Origin: Octopus bimaculoides
Lineage: Eukaryota
Length of the DNA stretch: 64,000 nt
Assembly: GCF_001194135.2 (NCBI RefSeq)
Contig: NC_068993.1
Span: forward strand, 16,855,548-16,919,547
Direction of reading: 5' to 3'
In this document: positions 11,479 to 24,302 of the stretch, piece by piece
Layout: the number at the start of each line of letters is the position of its first letter
How positions within the stretch are numbered: position 1 is the first letter of the stretch
Translations under genes and position numbers: made by a program
The notes under the pieces: generated by a model
Seen by the model: only the letters and a program-made list of their open reading frames with translations
Databases searched by the model: none
What the model was told of the DNA's origin: nothing

Positions 11479-12146
11479 TAGATAGATAGATGGGGAGGGG
11501 CTTCTACACAGTTTCCATTTATGAATTCTACTGACAAGGCATTGATTTGCTTGGGGGCTATTGTAGAATATACTTGCCTGAGGTGCTGCATTGTGGCACC
11601 TTGATGAACCTGACAATCACATAATTGCAAATGAACTTCTTAATCATACAGCCATGCCTGTTTCTAGAATATTAAACTTTTTCATCCTAAGTCAATCACT
11701 ATGTGTGTGTGTGTATTTTAAATTAAGAAGTGAAGTATTAGCTGGAGATAGATTAATTATTCACGTAAATTTAAATTAGGAAGTTATTAGCCAAAAATAA
11801 TTATAATCCAGGCTGAATAATGGTTAATAAGAGGAAGGACATACAGCCATTAAAAACATTCCAGAGACGTGTCTAACCCATGCCAGCATGAAAAAAAAAA
11901 ACCCCAGATGTAATTATGATGATGATGATGATGATGATGATGACAATGATGATAATGACTAGGGAAATGGGAAGGTAACCAATTAATTTAGTATATGAAA
12001 GTTTATTTATATGCATAAAATATATTCAAACTTAGAAAAGAATTTGAAAAGAGTTGGATTTGTAATGCTGAATTTTTGGGAAGTTCTGTGACTAGATGTA
12101 AATTGACCAGTTTTGAACTTCCTGGCTTTTCTCAAGATTCCCACAG

Positions 12147-12218
12147 CCCCCGCGTATGTTTTATAATGCCAAACCTTTATTAAACAAACTGTATGAAACA
12201 TCTGCTGGTGTGAAACTG
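12147..12218 (+). CDS. Candidate internal exon of an unknown gene (PPRMFYNAKPLLNKLYETSAGVKL)
   Basis: Pyrimidine-rich acceptor cttcctggcttttctcaagattcccacag, 72-nt stop-free phase 0-0 frame, donor CTG|GTAATC, non-repetitive context. No homology recognised. Confidence 0.3.
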
Positions 12219-13520
12219 GTAATCAGTGGGTGTAATTAATTGTTTAGGAATTAAACTAACAAGATAAGGAATTAGTTCTGTAAATAGACTGGAAATCCTA
12301 AGAAAAATTCCCTAACAAACTCAAAGCCAATTCATTTTCTTTCTTTTATGTGAAAATCTGGGGCATAAATCTCAAGTTTTACTCTTAAATGTGTTTTAAG
12401 CATAAATATGTTTTCAAGCAGTGAATTAATTGGTAAGTTCATAATAAAGTATACTTATCTATTCAGTATAATTATGCAATTTTAATATACTCTGTACCAG
12501 ATCTGAGTCACATGTGTGGATAATTAATTATAAATGCATCAGGTTTGCAAAAATCTAAGCTCAGTTTTGTTGATCAGATGCTGATAAAAAAAGAGTGTGT
12601 GCACATAAATGTGTTTCTACATATGTATTCAAATGTTAAAACTTGTAAATGAAATGTACTCAATACATAGTTCAGAGTATATTGCTTATTTGAACTGAAT
12701 TTTCATTTTGCAATGTGTGATTCATGCCACTGATATCTTTCAGATAACTGAAAGACCACAAGGGCATGGAACTTTGGTCTTAAATTTTTTTTTTAAATTC
12801 AACTTTTATATACATACATATATAACTAATGTGTGTGTGTGTGGCAGAACAGTAGAGTATTGGACATCTTTGAATTCTGAGTTCAAATCCTGCCTAGATC
12901 CACTTTACCTTTTTTCCATTCAATTGGAACTAAAATGTGTGACAGCATAACCACAGTCTAATGACTTAAACTCAGTAAGTAGGCATCAGCTGCTCTCAGT
13001 AGGTCAAATGTCAAGGTTCTTCATCTAAGATCCATGATTTACTATGGTTGCAATTATGTACATGGTAGGGCCTCAATTCCTTCCACACAGAAGCTGATCA
13101 CAAGTCTGTATTTCTTCAAAAGAGTGCTCTAGATGCACCACACATCTTGCTCTCAGCCTTCGGAGTCAGTGACCATATCAGGTTTTTGTGCTTCATCTGC
13201 CATCTCAGTTTTCATGCACTTAAAGGCTGATGTCCCTTGTACAGCAATTCTTCTGAGATTACTGATACCCTCCACCTAGTTCTGCCCACAAGTCAAAGTG
13301 AGGTTACTAAGGTGAGGCCATCAGTGCACTATTGACTTCTGGAAACCATGAGAGTTGTGTAGTAGTCAGAGACCAATGCTCCTGTTTACGTCTGAAGATG
13401 TGAAGCTAACGGGTTTACAAAGGCACTGTTCAATACACACAGCATCAGACTCCACTGATTTAAACTCGTTAATCTTTTAGAGTTCAGCTTATTCAGTCAA
13501 ATGCTGTGCTTATTTATTCA

Positions 13521-13887
13521 TTTTACTCTTTTACTTGTTTCAGTCTTTTGACTGTGGCCATGCTGGAGCACCGCCTTTAGTCGAGCAACTCGACCCCAGG
13601 ACTTATTCTTTGCAAGCCTAGTACTTATTCTATCGGTCTCTTTTGCCGAACCGCTAAGTTACAGGGACGTAAACACACCAGCATCAGTTACGCAAACACA
13701 TACACACATACATATATATATATATATATACATATATACGACGGGCTTCTTTCAGTTTCCGTCTACCAAATCCACTCACAAGGCTTTGGTCGGCCCGAGG
13801 CTGTAGTAGAAGACACTTGCCCAAGATGCCACGCAGTGGGACTGAACCTGGAACCATGTGGTTGGTAAGCAAGCTACTTACCACACA
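13521..13887 (-). mobile_element. SINE family A, young and nearly full-length
   Basis: CpG-retaining copy with head, core-like, (TA/TG)n linker and tail modules. Confidence 0.92.
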
Positions 13888-13889
13888 GA

Positions 13890-14040
13890 ATTTATCCTGC
13901 ATTATATTGTAACTTTGAGATTTCGATGATGTGGCTGTTTATGTTTAAAATGACATTTTGGTGTAGGTAGGAGAGGATCTGATCAGTTTGAACATAGAGC
14001 AAGTAGAAAATTTGGGCCAGTTTAAATGCTAAAGGGTTAA
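13890..14040. mobile_element. piggyBac-like TTAA MITE, partial
   Basis: Ends in TTTAAATGCTAAAGGG|TTAA and is homologous to 25221-25440. Confidence 0.7.
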
Positions 14041-14555
14041 AGAAAAAGAATGGAATAAATACGAGCATAGTGTGTGTTTGTGTGTGTGTGTGTCACTTTG
14101 AATATAAAACCTAAAATTTCCAAACTACCAGTAAAACACCTGTTATCTAGCAAGACCACAATTTCTAAAAGCTAAAAGGAATGCCATGCAATGTGACACA
14201 AGTCTGACAAGTCTGGGAATATGACCTGCAAAGGTTACAAGTACTATTCTCTCTCCTTCCTCTTCTTTTGTCTGACTAAGTCATGAAAAGAATATATTTA
14301 TTGAATTGTAACATAATGCAACTATTAATAGTAAAAGACACATGAAACATGCAGCACAGTTTTGTAAATAATCACACACACATACACACGCACACACACA
14401 AAGTGATACTTAGCCAAGGATGTGAAGACACAGAGTATAAAATAAATACAATTTATTACTGTACAGTTTGTGCATCCTATGTTATGACCTTTGCTTCTTC
14501 CACAGTGCTTATTCTAAGCATGCATGTTTTTACTGTGTGTTATAATGAAAATATA

Positions 14556-14744
14556 CAATGTTGGCCAAAAGTCACACACCAAGATTAAAACTCTATATTG
14601 CATACACTACATATATATATATATCCTAAGATAAATATAATGATGATGAATACATATGTACTTGTACATGATGAACAAAATGAATAATAATGTCATATAA
14701 ATAAAATGGCAAATATTTTGGTGCATGACTTTTGGCCCATCTTG
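14556..14744. mobile_element. Tc1/mariner-type MITE
   Basis: TA|CAATGTTGGCCAAAAGTCACACACCAA ... TTGGTGCATGACTTTTGGCCCATCTTG|CA. About 22 of 27 TIR positions match, and there is a TA on the left. Confidence 0.7.
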
Positions 14745-14754
14745 CATTATGTCA

Positions 14755-15075
14755 CAGACATGGCTGTGTTGTTAAGAAGCTTGCTTTGCAATTATATGGC
14801 TTCGGGTTCAGTCCCAATGCACAGCACCCTGGTACTATAGTACCAAGTTGATCAATGCCTTGTAAATGAATTTGTTCAATAGAAACTATGTGGAAGCCTG
14901 CCATATATATATATGTGTGCATGTTTCTTTGTGTCTGTATTTGTCCCCACCACCACTGTTTGACAACTGGTGTTAGTTTGTTTACATCCCTGTAACTTGG
15001 TGGTTCAGCAAAAGAGACCAATGGAATAAGTATCAGGCTTTAAAAAATAAGTACTTGGGTTTATTTATTCCATTA
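14755..15075 (+). mobile_element. SINE family A
   Basis: Head and tail modules as in the other copies. Confidence 0.8.
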
Positions 15076-15099
15076 AAGCGCTTCAGGGTGTTGGATTAA

Positions 15100-15285
15100 T
15101 TTGTCGAATCTATTTATTCACATTGTTTTGAATTAATCATGCATTTGAGATTTTGATGATGTTATTGTTTATTTTTGAGAACAACAGTGTAGGTTATGTG
15201 TGAGAGGCTGGATCTGGCCAGTCTGAATATGAAACAGGTAGAATATTTGGGTTGGATATAGCCTGTTTAAATGCTAAAGGACTAA
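15100..15285. mobile_element. piggyBac-like TTAA MITE, partial
   Basis: Homologous to 25221-25440 and ends TTTAAATGCTAAAGG. Confidence 0.7.
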
Positions 15286-15974
15286 GTTATAGTTAATTTC
15301 ATCTACTGAATTAATTCTTCTTCTATGCCATTTGCTCAGTTCTAAAAGTTGAAAATACAACATAGTGTCAGAAACTGGAGCATTCGCATTCAAAGTGTTT
15401 GTGCAATGTGAATAATAGGAATTATTGGATATGATATCAGACATGAAATCTTACCTACAGCAAAGCTCATGCAGATTAAATATCATGACCTAATCTTAAA
15501 CATTCTTTCCATTCCAAGATACTCATGTGACATGTTACATCTGTCTTTTGTCCGCGTCAATTCAGTCATGATGTCATCATTCTATTCTGACAAGATAATT
15601 AAGCAGCCAATGGCAATATACAGAGCAGTAGTGCCAAAGACATCTTTTGGTCCTTTTGTTTTAACAGGAATTAGTCATTTCACATTTACATACAAATGTG
15701 AAATAAATAAGTTTGTGTGTGTTGTTTGTATGAAGAAAAAAGGGTGAAATAAATTAGATTTTACATTTTTTTTAGTGTCATTACTGCGCAAGATGGAGAT
15801 GATCACTGCATATTTCAGGTTGATTACTACACATTTTGGAAACACTGCTTTTTATTTCATATGCTGATGTAACATTTATATCCCATGAGACTCTAAACTG
15901 ATTCTCAAAACCTCTAATTCATTTTCTCAACCTGCAAGAAATAGCAAACAAATCTCCTTTAAATTTCACCCTAC

Positions 15975-16395
15975 TTTATCATCATCATTGTTTAATGTCC
16001 AGTTCCCCATGCTTGTAATGAACAGAATTTATTGAGGTGGATTTTCTACAGCTGAATTCCCTTGATGTCATCAACCCTCACCTCACTTGTTTCCAAATAA
16101 GTTAATATTTCTCCATGACCAGATAAGTTTTCACAGAAGATTGGAAATGAAGGACACTGCTTGTATGAGAATGACACTCTTCAAGTGACGTCAAAGCAAG
16201 GAGATAGTAACACACACACACACACACATATAAATACAACAAGCATCTTTCAGTTTCTGTCTGTTGAGTCCACTCTTAAGGCTTTTGTCAGCCAAGGGTT
16301 ATAGGAGAAGACACTTTCCTGAAGTGCTGTTCAGTGGGACTGAACCCAAGATCAAGTGGCAGGGAAGCAAACTTCTTATCACACAGCCATGCCCA
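15975..16395 (-). mobile_element. SINE with family A head and RTE-type tail (variant A2)
   Basis: Family A head at 16240-16395. RTE-like CATCATCAT..TTTAATGTCC..CCATGCTTG end at about 15980. Confidence 0.7.
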
Positions 16396-16519
16396 CACTT
16401 TTATACATGAAAACCAAAGCTGTAGGACAGATTAGATAATGTAGTCATAGACACCACACTATAAAGATGTGAGGGTCATGACCAGAATGCTTTTAATCAC
16501 AAGTTTTCTCAATCAAAAA

Positions 16520-16935
16520 AGCTATGCAGTGAAGAACCTCGCTTTGCAACCACATGGTTTTGGATTTAGTCCTATCGCAGCACCTTAGGCAGGTGTCTTC
16601 TACTATGATCCTGGGTTGATCAATGCCTTGTGAGAAAATCTGGAAGAAGGTAACTGTGTGGAAGCCCATATATATTCTTTATATTCTTTACTAACTTCAG
16701 CTCAAGAGCTGCGGCCATGCTGAGGCATGTGTGTGTGTATTTTTTGTGGTTGTCTCCCCGGTGGTTGACAACCGGTGTTGTCTTAAGTCCCTGAGACTTA
16801 GGTGTTCAGTAATAGAGACCTGCAGAATAAAGCATCAGGCTTGAAAGTAAATACCAGGGCTAATGTTTAACTAAACCCCCACAAAGCAACATCCCAGTTT
16901 GGCCACAGTACAATGGCTGAAACAAGTAAAAGAAT
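16520..16935 (+). mobile_element. SINE family A (diverged)
   Basis: Head, core-like and tail motifs are recognisable. Confidence 0.7.
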
Positions 16936-17625
16936 CAAAAGTTGGCCTTGGCTTAAACAACACCAACAACAACAACAATGGCCTACTGAACACATTGGAA
17001 GTGGATGGAAGCTTTGTCATTATTGTCACTCTTACCCATCACCACTTGACTCTTTGCAATGTATGTAGATAAACAAAGCATATATTAACATCTGTGAGGT
17101 CTACAGTTGGACAATTTGATGAGAGAGAGATGTAACCTTGAAATTGTGAATAAAATTGTCCTGGGAAAATTTATCTGTACTATGTTTCTTCCTCATCCAC
17201 CTACACAAGCCAAACATTAAAACACGAAAAAAATAAAATAAAATAAAATAAAATGTCAAAGCAAAGGAAACAGAAATGAAAAAAAAAAAACAGAAGATCA
17301 AAGTTGTGCCTACACCCACCCACATATAAACACACATGACATTGTGTTTGNNNNNNNNNNNNNNNNNNNNNNNNNNNNNNNNNNNNNNNNNNNNNNNNNN
17401 NNNNNNNNNNNNNNNNNNNNNNNNNNNNNNNNNNNNNNNNNNNNNNNNNNNNNNNNNNNNNNNNNNNNNNNNNNNNNNNNNNNNNNNNNNNNNNNNNNNN
17501 NNNNNNNNNNNNNNNNNNNNNNNNNNNNNNNNNNNNNNNNNNNNNNNNNNNNNNNNNNNNNNNNNNNNNNNNNNNNNNNNNNNNNNNNNNNNNNNNNNNN
17601 NNNNNNNNNNNNNNNNNNNNNNNNN

Positions 17626-17668
<43 letters not shown>

Positions 17669-17844
17669 TATATGAATGTGTACATATGTATGTGTGTGTA
17701 TATATATATACGAATGTGTATGTATGTGTATGCATATATATGAATGTATCCGTATGTTTATATATATATGTATATATGAGTGTGTGTGTGTGTGTGTGAA
17801 TGTATTTCTAAGTATATCTGTGTATGTATGCATGTGTGTGTGTA

Positions 17845-18060
17845 CATGTATGCAATAGAAGTTAAGTACAAAACCCAGCAATTGTCTCTGATTAATTTTT
17901 AACTGTTGCTAATTAAAGGACTAAACAAAACCATGACATTTTTATGCAAACTTCCGTATACAATTACTGTCCTTTACCCTCTTTTTTCCCATGTTCCAAA
18001 TTTCAAAGTCTAAACCCTCTGTATATATTTTGACAGTCTTAGAAATGGCATTCACAAAAA
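17845..18060 (+). repeat. Unclassified ~215-bp block, copy 1 (copy 2 at 26541-26760)
   Basis: Direct alignment by eye, for example CTCTGATTAATTTT..AACTGTTGCTAATTAAAGGACTAAACAAAA and TTAGAAATGGCATTCACAAAAA. Confidence 0.85.
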
Positions 18061-18174
18061 TATAGGCCAACTTACTAACATATCAAATATATATAATGTT
18101 CTTTTGTTATTCATATCAGCATTGCATTTATTTATGTTATTTCTACTGGTTCGCTGCATTTCTGATATGAAGGG

Positions 18175-18391
18175 TGTTGTGGAAGGATTCTGACCACCCC
18201 CAAGTGGCTAAACATTGACTGACACATTGCTATGAAATAAAGAACTGTCAGTATTTCATGGGTAAGCAGTTTACTGTGAGCTGTTGATTGAGAGCATTGA
18301 GTTTTATGTAATAGTAATTGTATTGCGTCTTGTAAATACTTTCTTTCCCCACTGCTTCATTAAATTATATATCCAACACCAGGATATAAAA
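18175..18391 (+). mobile_element. Probable 5' LTR of the Gypsy element
   Basis: Starts TGTTGTGG, contains AATAAA, and ends ATATAAAA just before GTGTTGACAAG (a decayed TGGCGACGAG-like PBS). No second LTR is present to confirm it. Confidence 0.45.
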
Positions 18392-18471
18392 GTGTTGACA
18401 AGTTGTTCGGGTTGGACATTTAGAATTTTTATTTTTTTCCTTATACAAAACCAAAGAAAAAACTGTTTTAA

Positions 18472-21400
18472 CTTGGAAGACTTGTTGGCTTCCATGGTGC
18501 AGTTGCAACAGTAGCAACAACAACTACAACAGCATCAACAACAAATACAACAAAACCTACAGCTGCTGGAATTAATGTTGAAAAAGTCTGAAGATACTTC
18601 AGGTTTGTACTCATCAGACAGTATAGCAAATTCAATTGAAGAATTCAGATTTAATCCAGAAGGAGGGATTACCTTCTCTGCATATTTTCAAAGATGTGAA
18701 GAAAGTTTCAAAGATGTGAAGAAATTTTCAAAGATGTGAAGAAATTTTCAAAGAAGAATGTAAAAATTAGTCTGATGAGAAAAAAGTACAACTACTTTTA
18801 CGAAAGTTATCTCCTGCCAAACATGAAAAATATAGTAATTATATTCTGCTGAATTAACCAGGTGTGATTTGTTTTGATCAAGCAATTAATACTTCATAGA
18901 AAATTTTCAGTGAAAAAAGTTCCCTGTTCAGTATTTGCTAGCAGTGTTTAAATTTGGTCAAAAAAGATGATGAAGATTTCATCACTTATGTTGGAGTTGT
19001 TAACAGAGTGTGTGAAAAATTCAAATTAAATTAATTAACCCTGGGCATGCTCAAATGTCTAATTTTTGTTCAAGGGCTAACTGCAAGCAAAGGTGCAGAT
19101 ATACGTTCCCAGATATTAACAAAATTAAAGCAGAGCCAAAATTTAACTCTATAGGTAGTAGCAGAAGAATGCCGGAGAATTATAAATCTAAGACTTGATG
19201 CAGATAAAATTGAAGAAAAATATTGCTCTCACATTCATGCATGTCGATCAGTAACAGATAAGGAAAGAGAGAGAAAATACCAAGATCGAATCCATGTTAT
19301 GGGTGCAGTGGCCTATATTTTAAAAGTAACTGTCCATTTAAAAATATAAAACGCTTCAAGTGTGGCAAGATAGCTCATAAAAAATTACACTGTAAAACAA
19401 AACCTGAAAACAGTTTGACAGAAAAGATCATATAAACAGGTTATCAGTAACAAGAAATACAAACGAGCCTCAAAAGAAATTTGTGCATGTAAAAATTAAT
19501 AACAGAAGCGTAAAGTTACAATTGGATATGGGCAGTGATATCTTGATAATTAACACAGATATATGGGAAAAAAAAATATCAGAAATTGCCCGTGGTGTTT
19601 CAGGAAAAAAATTATATTGTAAGGACAAAATGATAAGTAACATTACATTTCGTGGAAAAACCTTAAAAGTCAAAGTTTTTATGTTGAATGATATGACAAA
19701 TTTATTCAGAACAGACTAGATGGAGTTATTTAATTTATGGGACCTCCCCATAGATCTTTTCTGTAAAAATGTGAATGGTTTTACTGCCTGTAGAAATAAG
19801 TCATGAGACAAATTGGAAAATAATTTTTTAATATTTTTCATGAGGTTCTGTCTGATGAATTAGGTCTGTGCACCAAAATGAAGGCAAAGTTTCAGATAAA
19901 AGAAAACGCCATACTAGTATTTAAGCAAAAACGAACAGTACCTTTTGCAGCATTAGAACAGATAAACTTAGAGAGACTAGAAAAAATTGGAGTTATCTAA
20001 AAAGTGGGATATAGTCAATGGGCATCACCAACTGTGTATATTAAGAAAAAGAATAATAAAATCAGGGCGTGTGCTGATTTTTCCACTGGTTTAAACAAAT
20101 GTCTTAAAATGTGCAACTTTCTGCTACCTACTCCAGAGGATATATTTGTAAAATTAAACAGTGACAAGATATTTTCTAAATTAGATTTTTCTGATGCATA
20201 CCTACAAATTAGGGTAGATGATGAATGCTCTAAATACCTAACAACATACATAAAGGACTGTATAAATACAAGAGGTTACCATTTGGTTTAAAAGTCGCAC
20301 CAGCAATTTTTCAACAGATTATGGATGCAGTGTTAGCAGACTGTGAAATCATAATTCCATACCTGGATGATATACTCATAAGAAGCAAGTCCCGGCACCA
20401 GCATATAGAGCACGTAAAATATGTGTTGGAAAAAATTAGGGATTACTGCTTTACTTTCAATGAAGAAAAGTGGGAATTTTTCTTACTGAAAATAAAATAT
20501 TTAGGACAAATCATTGACAGAAATGGTCGTCGACCAGATCCGTTGCGGGCAGATACAATTAAAAATATGCCCCCTCTGACAAATATAGCGACCTCACAAG
20601 CTTTTTTGGGACTGGCAAATTATTTCCAAAATTATATTCCAAATATGCATAAGGTAAGAGTTGCACTAAATAATCTATTAAAAAAGAGATGTTAAGTAGT
20701 CTGAAAATTGTCTGCAGGTATTCAAAGAAATTTTTTAAATATTAACACCTGATTTGTCATTAGCACACTTCAATCCTATATCAGAGATTGTTGTAGCTTC
20801 AGATGCCTCCGAGTGCGATATAGGAGTGGTAATGCTACATAAAAATAAAAATGGTAACATGAAGGCAGTGGTTCAGGCCTCACGTTCTCTGATATCAGCA
20901 GAAAAATAGTTACAGCCAAATCGAAAAAAAGGCTCTAACGATTATTTTTTTCATAAAAACATTTCATAGATTTTTACTCAGAAGAAGTTTTCAACTTCAG
21001 ACAGATCATTATTATTGATAAATGGGTTGAAGAAAGGAATCCCTACCCATACTGCTAATAAGTTGCAATGCTGGGGTACTATATTATTAAATTACGATTT
21101 TAAGATGGAGTATACACCATCTAGGGAATTAGGACATGCTGATTGTTTATCAAGACTGATTTCAGAGAATGCTGAACCATTTGAAGATACTATGATTGCT
21201 ACTTTGCAAGCGGAAAATGAAATTAAAAATGTTTTGAGTAATGTTATACGTGAACTGCCAGTCACATTACAAAACATAAAATTAAAATTGGAAAACAGTA
21301 AATTTATTTAAAAAATGAGAGAAATGCTGAAGGCTAAAACAGATAAAAATATGCGCAACACAAATTCAAATCCATTCTCAATGTGTGGCAATGTGTTGAT

Positions 21401-21710
21401 GAATACACAAAGAGTCTTAGTTCCAGCCACACTACAAAAGTGATTACTAAAGGAATTTCACATTGGTCACCCAGAGATTTCAAGAATGAAGTCATTAATG
21501 AGAAGTTATGTATATTGGCCAACAATGGACCATGACATTGAAGAATTAGTGAAGGCATGCAGAGGGTGTGTCCTAGCTGCAAAAGCACCTACCACTAAAT
21601 GCAACCGTAACCAAAAACAAATATTCCATGGTCCAAACTGCATGTTGATTATGCAGGTCCACTTAAGGGTTCATATTACCTTGTTGTGGTGGATAGTTTT
21701 ACAAAGTGAT
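18472..21710 (+). pseudogene. Ty3/Gypsy gag-pol remnant: gag, Zn-knuckles, protease, RT, RNase H, N-terminal integrase
   Basis: Motifs include SIANSIEEFRFNPEGGITFSAYFQR, LQLDMGSD, WASPTVYIKKKNNKIRACADFSTGLN, IPYLDDILI, FLGLANYF, VASDAS, FQLQTDH, GHADCLSRL and LMRSYVYWPTMDHDIEELVKACRGC. Many stops and frameshifts. Confidence 0.97.
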
Positions 21711-21975
21711 TTGGTAGATGGAAACTGAAAGAAGCCCGTCGTATATATGTATATATATATGTATGTGTGTGTATATGTTTGTGTGTCTGTGTTTGTCCCC
21801 CCAGCTTTGCTTGACAACCAATGCTGGTGTGTTTACATGTCTGTAACTTAGCAGTTTGGCAAAAGAGACCGCTAGGCTTACAAAGAATAAGTCCTGGGGT
21901 CGATTTACTCGACTAAAGACAGTGCTCCAGCATGGCTACAGTCAATTGACTGAAACAAGTAAAAGAATAAAAGAA
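21711..21975 (+). mobile_element. SINE family A, 5'-truncated, fused to the Gypsy integrase
   Basis: Begins mid-body at GATTTGGTAGATGGAAACTGAAAGAAGCCCGTCG and has a complete tail. Confidence 0.9.
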
Positions 21976-22079
21976 AAGAAAGAATGTGTGTCTGTATGCA
22001 AGATGGGCTTTCACACAATTTCTGCCAACCAAATTTCAAGCTCCCATGGTGCTGCTTAACTTAAAGTGATAGTAAAGAA

Positions 22080-22480
22080 CACCTACGAGTGGTGACATGC
22101 AATAAATTAAACCTGGTTGTGAAGCGAAATCAAGTATGGTTTAGCAACATGCAGGACATCCTGCCTGTCACCAACCAATGTAATATTTCCTGATGGCTAG
22201 ACATAATTTTGCAGAATATTGGAAATGAATAACATTCATTAACAACAATCATGTGATGCCGAGACGAGGAAGCGCAAGCATACACACACTCACACATACA
22301 TGCATGCATACATGTGCATGTGCATATGTTTCTTTCAATTTTTGTCTGCCACATATACGTAAAAAAGTTTTGGTCAGCCTGAAGTTATGGTAGAAGATAC
22401 TCACCCAGGGTACCACGCAGTGAGACTGAACCTGAAACTATTAGGTTGAGAAGCAAACCTCTTAACCATTCAGCCACACC
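22080..22480 (-). mobile_element. SINE variant A2 (A head + RTE-like tail)
   Basis: Head at 22360-22480. GGACATCCTGCCTGTCACCAACC is the reverse complement of the GGTTGGTGACAGGAAG..CATCC module. Confidence 0.65.
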
Positions 22481-22756
22481 CAATCTATTTCAATGACATT
22501 CAATTCAAACCTTGAGAGATTTTGATATTATTTTATTATTGTTACTGTTGTTATTATTTATCATTATTGTTGCTTGTTTTCTTTTTTCTTTCTTTCTTTT
22601 TCTTTTAGTAACGTATAGCTCTTAACTAAATTGCGTTCCAGTTTACTAAATAACAGTTGGGTCACCTAACCAACTTTTGTTATCTTACATTTTCCTAGTA
22701 ACATTTCAGTTTTGTACCACATTGTTCTATTTGTATGCTTACTGTCACAGACACAA

Positions 22757-22806
<50 letters not shown>

Positions 22807-23149
22807 AAATATATATATCCCAACTCTCAGATTAGAGTTTGTATAAAGATGCCAACAAAGTAGAATTGCCTCAACAGGCTCTCTCTCTCTCTCCCCTCTC
22901 ACTTCTCTCTATCTATCTCTTTCTCTTAACACGCACACACATATGTAAATATATATATATATATATATATATAATATACATCCATTTGTTGTTTACACCA
23001 CCTGTCTTCGTCTGTTGTTTTTTTCGTAAATTCTCCCATATATATATATATATATATATATAAACTTAGATATATTTCAGTCAAAATTGGTCCAGGCCAT
23101 GACTAACTTAATAACACCACCTGATAGAATCTGTTGAATCGTTTTTAAC

Positions 23150-23840
23150 TCAAGTTTTGTGGCTGTCAATGTACAAACATTTCCATGAAGAAACAGTCTT
23201 GTACTCCTTTGTTATGGCCTGGAAAATTACAATAAACAGAAGCAGGTTGAAAAACTGAGCCATGATAAACACCTACTTGCACACAATTCCTCATGAACTT
23301 GTTGCTTACTTCACCTTGCTAACAGTATCTCTGTACATGACTTGCACAGATCTCACAAACCATTCCTTTTCCACTAATTTTCTTTAGTAACTATTACTCA
23401 ATAGATTGTGGAACCCTATCAAAAACCTTCTCTGGGTCAGTGAATGCTAGGTATGGTTTCATGCTTTTGGTTAGCACCTTATCTTGTACTTGTCTCTAAA
23501 TAGAAGGTAACGGTGGTACCACATCTTAGTACAAACCTAAACTGTGTCTCACCTAAACAAATGTTCTTCCCAATTAGGTTCATCTACTTTTTTCATAACT
23601 TGATCCTCCATTTTAATGCATCTGTAGCTGTTTCTTTTTAGAGAACTTCCTGTGGCGTTGTGGAAGTTGATAATGATGAGACTGCTAAGCCATTCATTAC
23701 TTCCCTGTACAGCCTGATTGACTATTTGAATAATTAATGTGTCCTACCCCTCCAGATATTATTAGCACCCCAGCAAATATCACTATTTTTTCCCAGTTTT
23801 TATATCCTTAATGACCATTTTAATCATTTTGCTCGTTATA
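23150..23840 (-). pseudogene. RTE-clade LINE reverse-transcriptase core remnant
   Basis: Minus-strand frames give YLAFTDPEKVFDRVP, WFVRSVQVMYRDTVSKV, VGVYHGSV and LLFIVIFQAITKEYKT, corresponding to RT motifs (AFVDLEKAFDRVP, GVHQGSVLSPLLF). Frameshifted. Confidence 0.85.
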
Positions 23841-23921
23841 CTTAACTACATTTGCTGTTAAATTTTTCAGTTGCCCAAATTATTTCTAGTTCATACTTTA
23901 ATCAGTGTCTTTAAGTTGAAT

Positions 23922-24302
23922 AGTGGAGGTGCAATGGCCCAGTGATTAGGGCAGCGGACTCGCGGTCGTAGGATCGCGGTTTCGCGCGATTTCGATTCCC
24001 AGACTGGGCGTTGTGAGTGTTTATTGAGCGAAAACACCTAAAGCTCCACGAGGCTCCGGCAGGGGATGGTGGCGAACCCTGCTGTACTCTTTCACCACAA
24101 CTTTCTCTCACTCTTACTTCCTGTTTCTGTTGTGCCTGTAATTCAAAGGGCCAGCCTTGTCACACTGTGTCACGCTGAATATCCTCCAAGAACTACGTTA
24201 AGGGTACATGTGTCTGTGGAGTGCTCAAATTTCATGAGCAGGCTGTTCTGTTGATCGGATCAACTGGAACCCTCGACGTCGTAAGCGACGGAGTGCCAAC
24301 AA
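23922..24302 (+). mobile_element. tRNA-headed SINE family C with 11-bp TSD
   Basis: TGGCCCAGTGA A box and TTTCGATTCC B box. TSD TTAAGTTGAAT at 23911-23921 and 24303-24313. Confidence 0.95.

Noticed and set aside
15450-15747. Possible exon near a minus-strand donor (AG|GTAAG at about 15455) and the 92-aa plus-strand ORF
   Set aside because: All minus-strand frames contain stops, and the plus-strand peptide has no recognisable features.
23922-24000. tRNA-like sequences as true tRNA genes (all SINE heads)
   Set aside because: They lack complete cloverleaf acceptor stems and continue into SINE bodies with TSDs.
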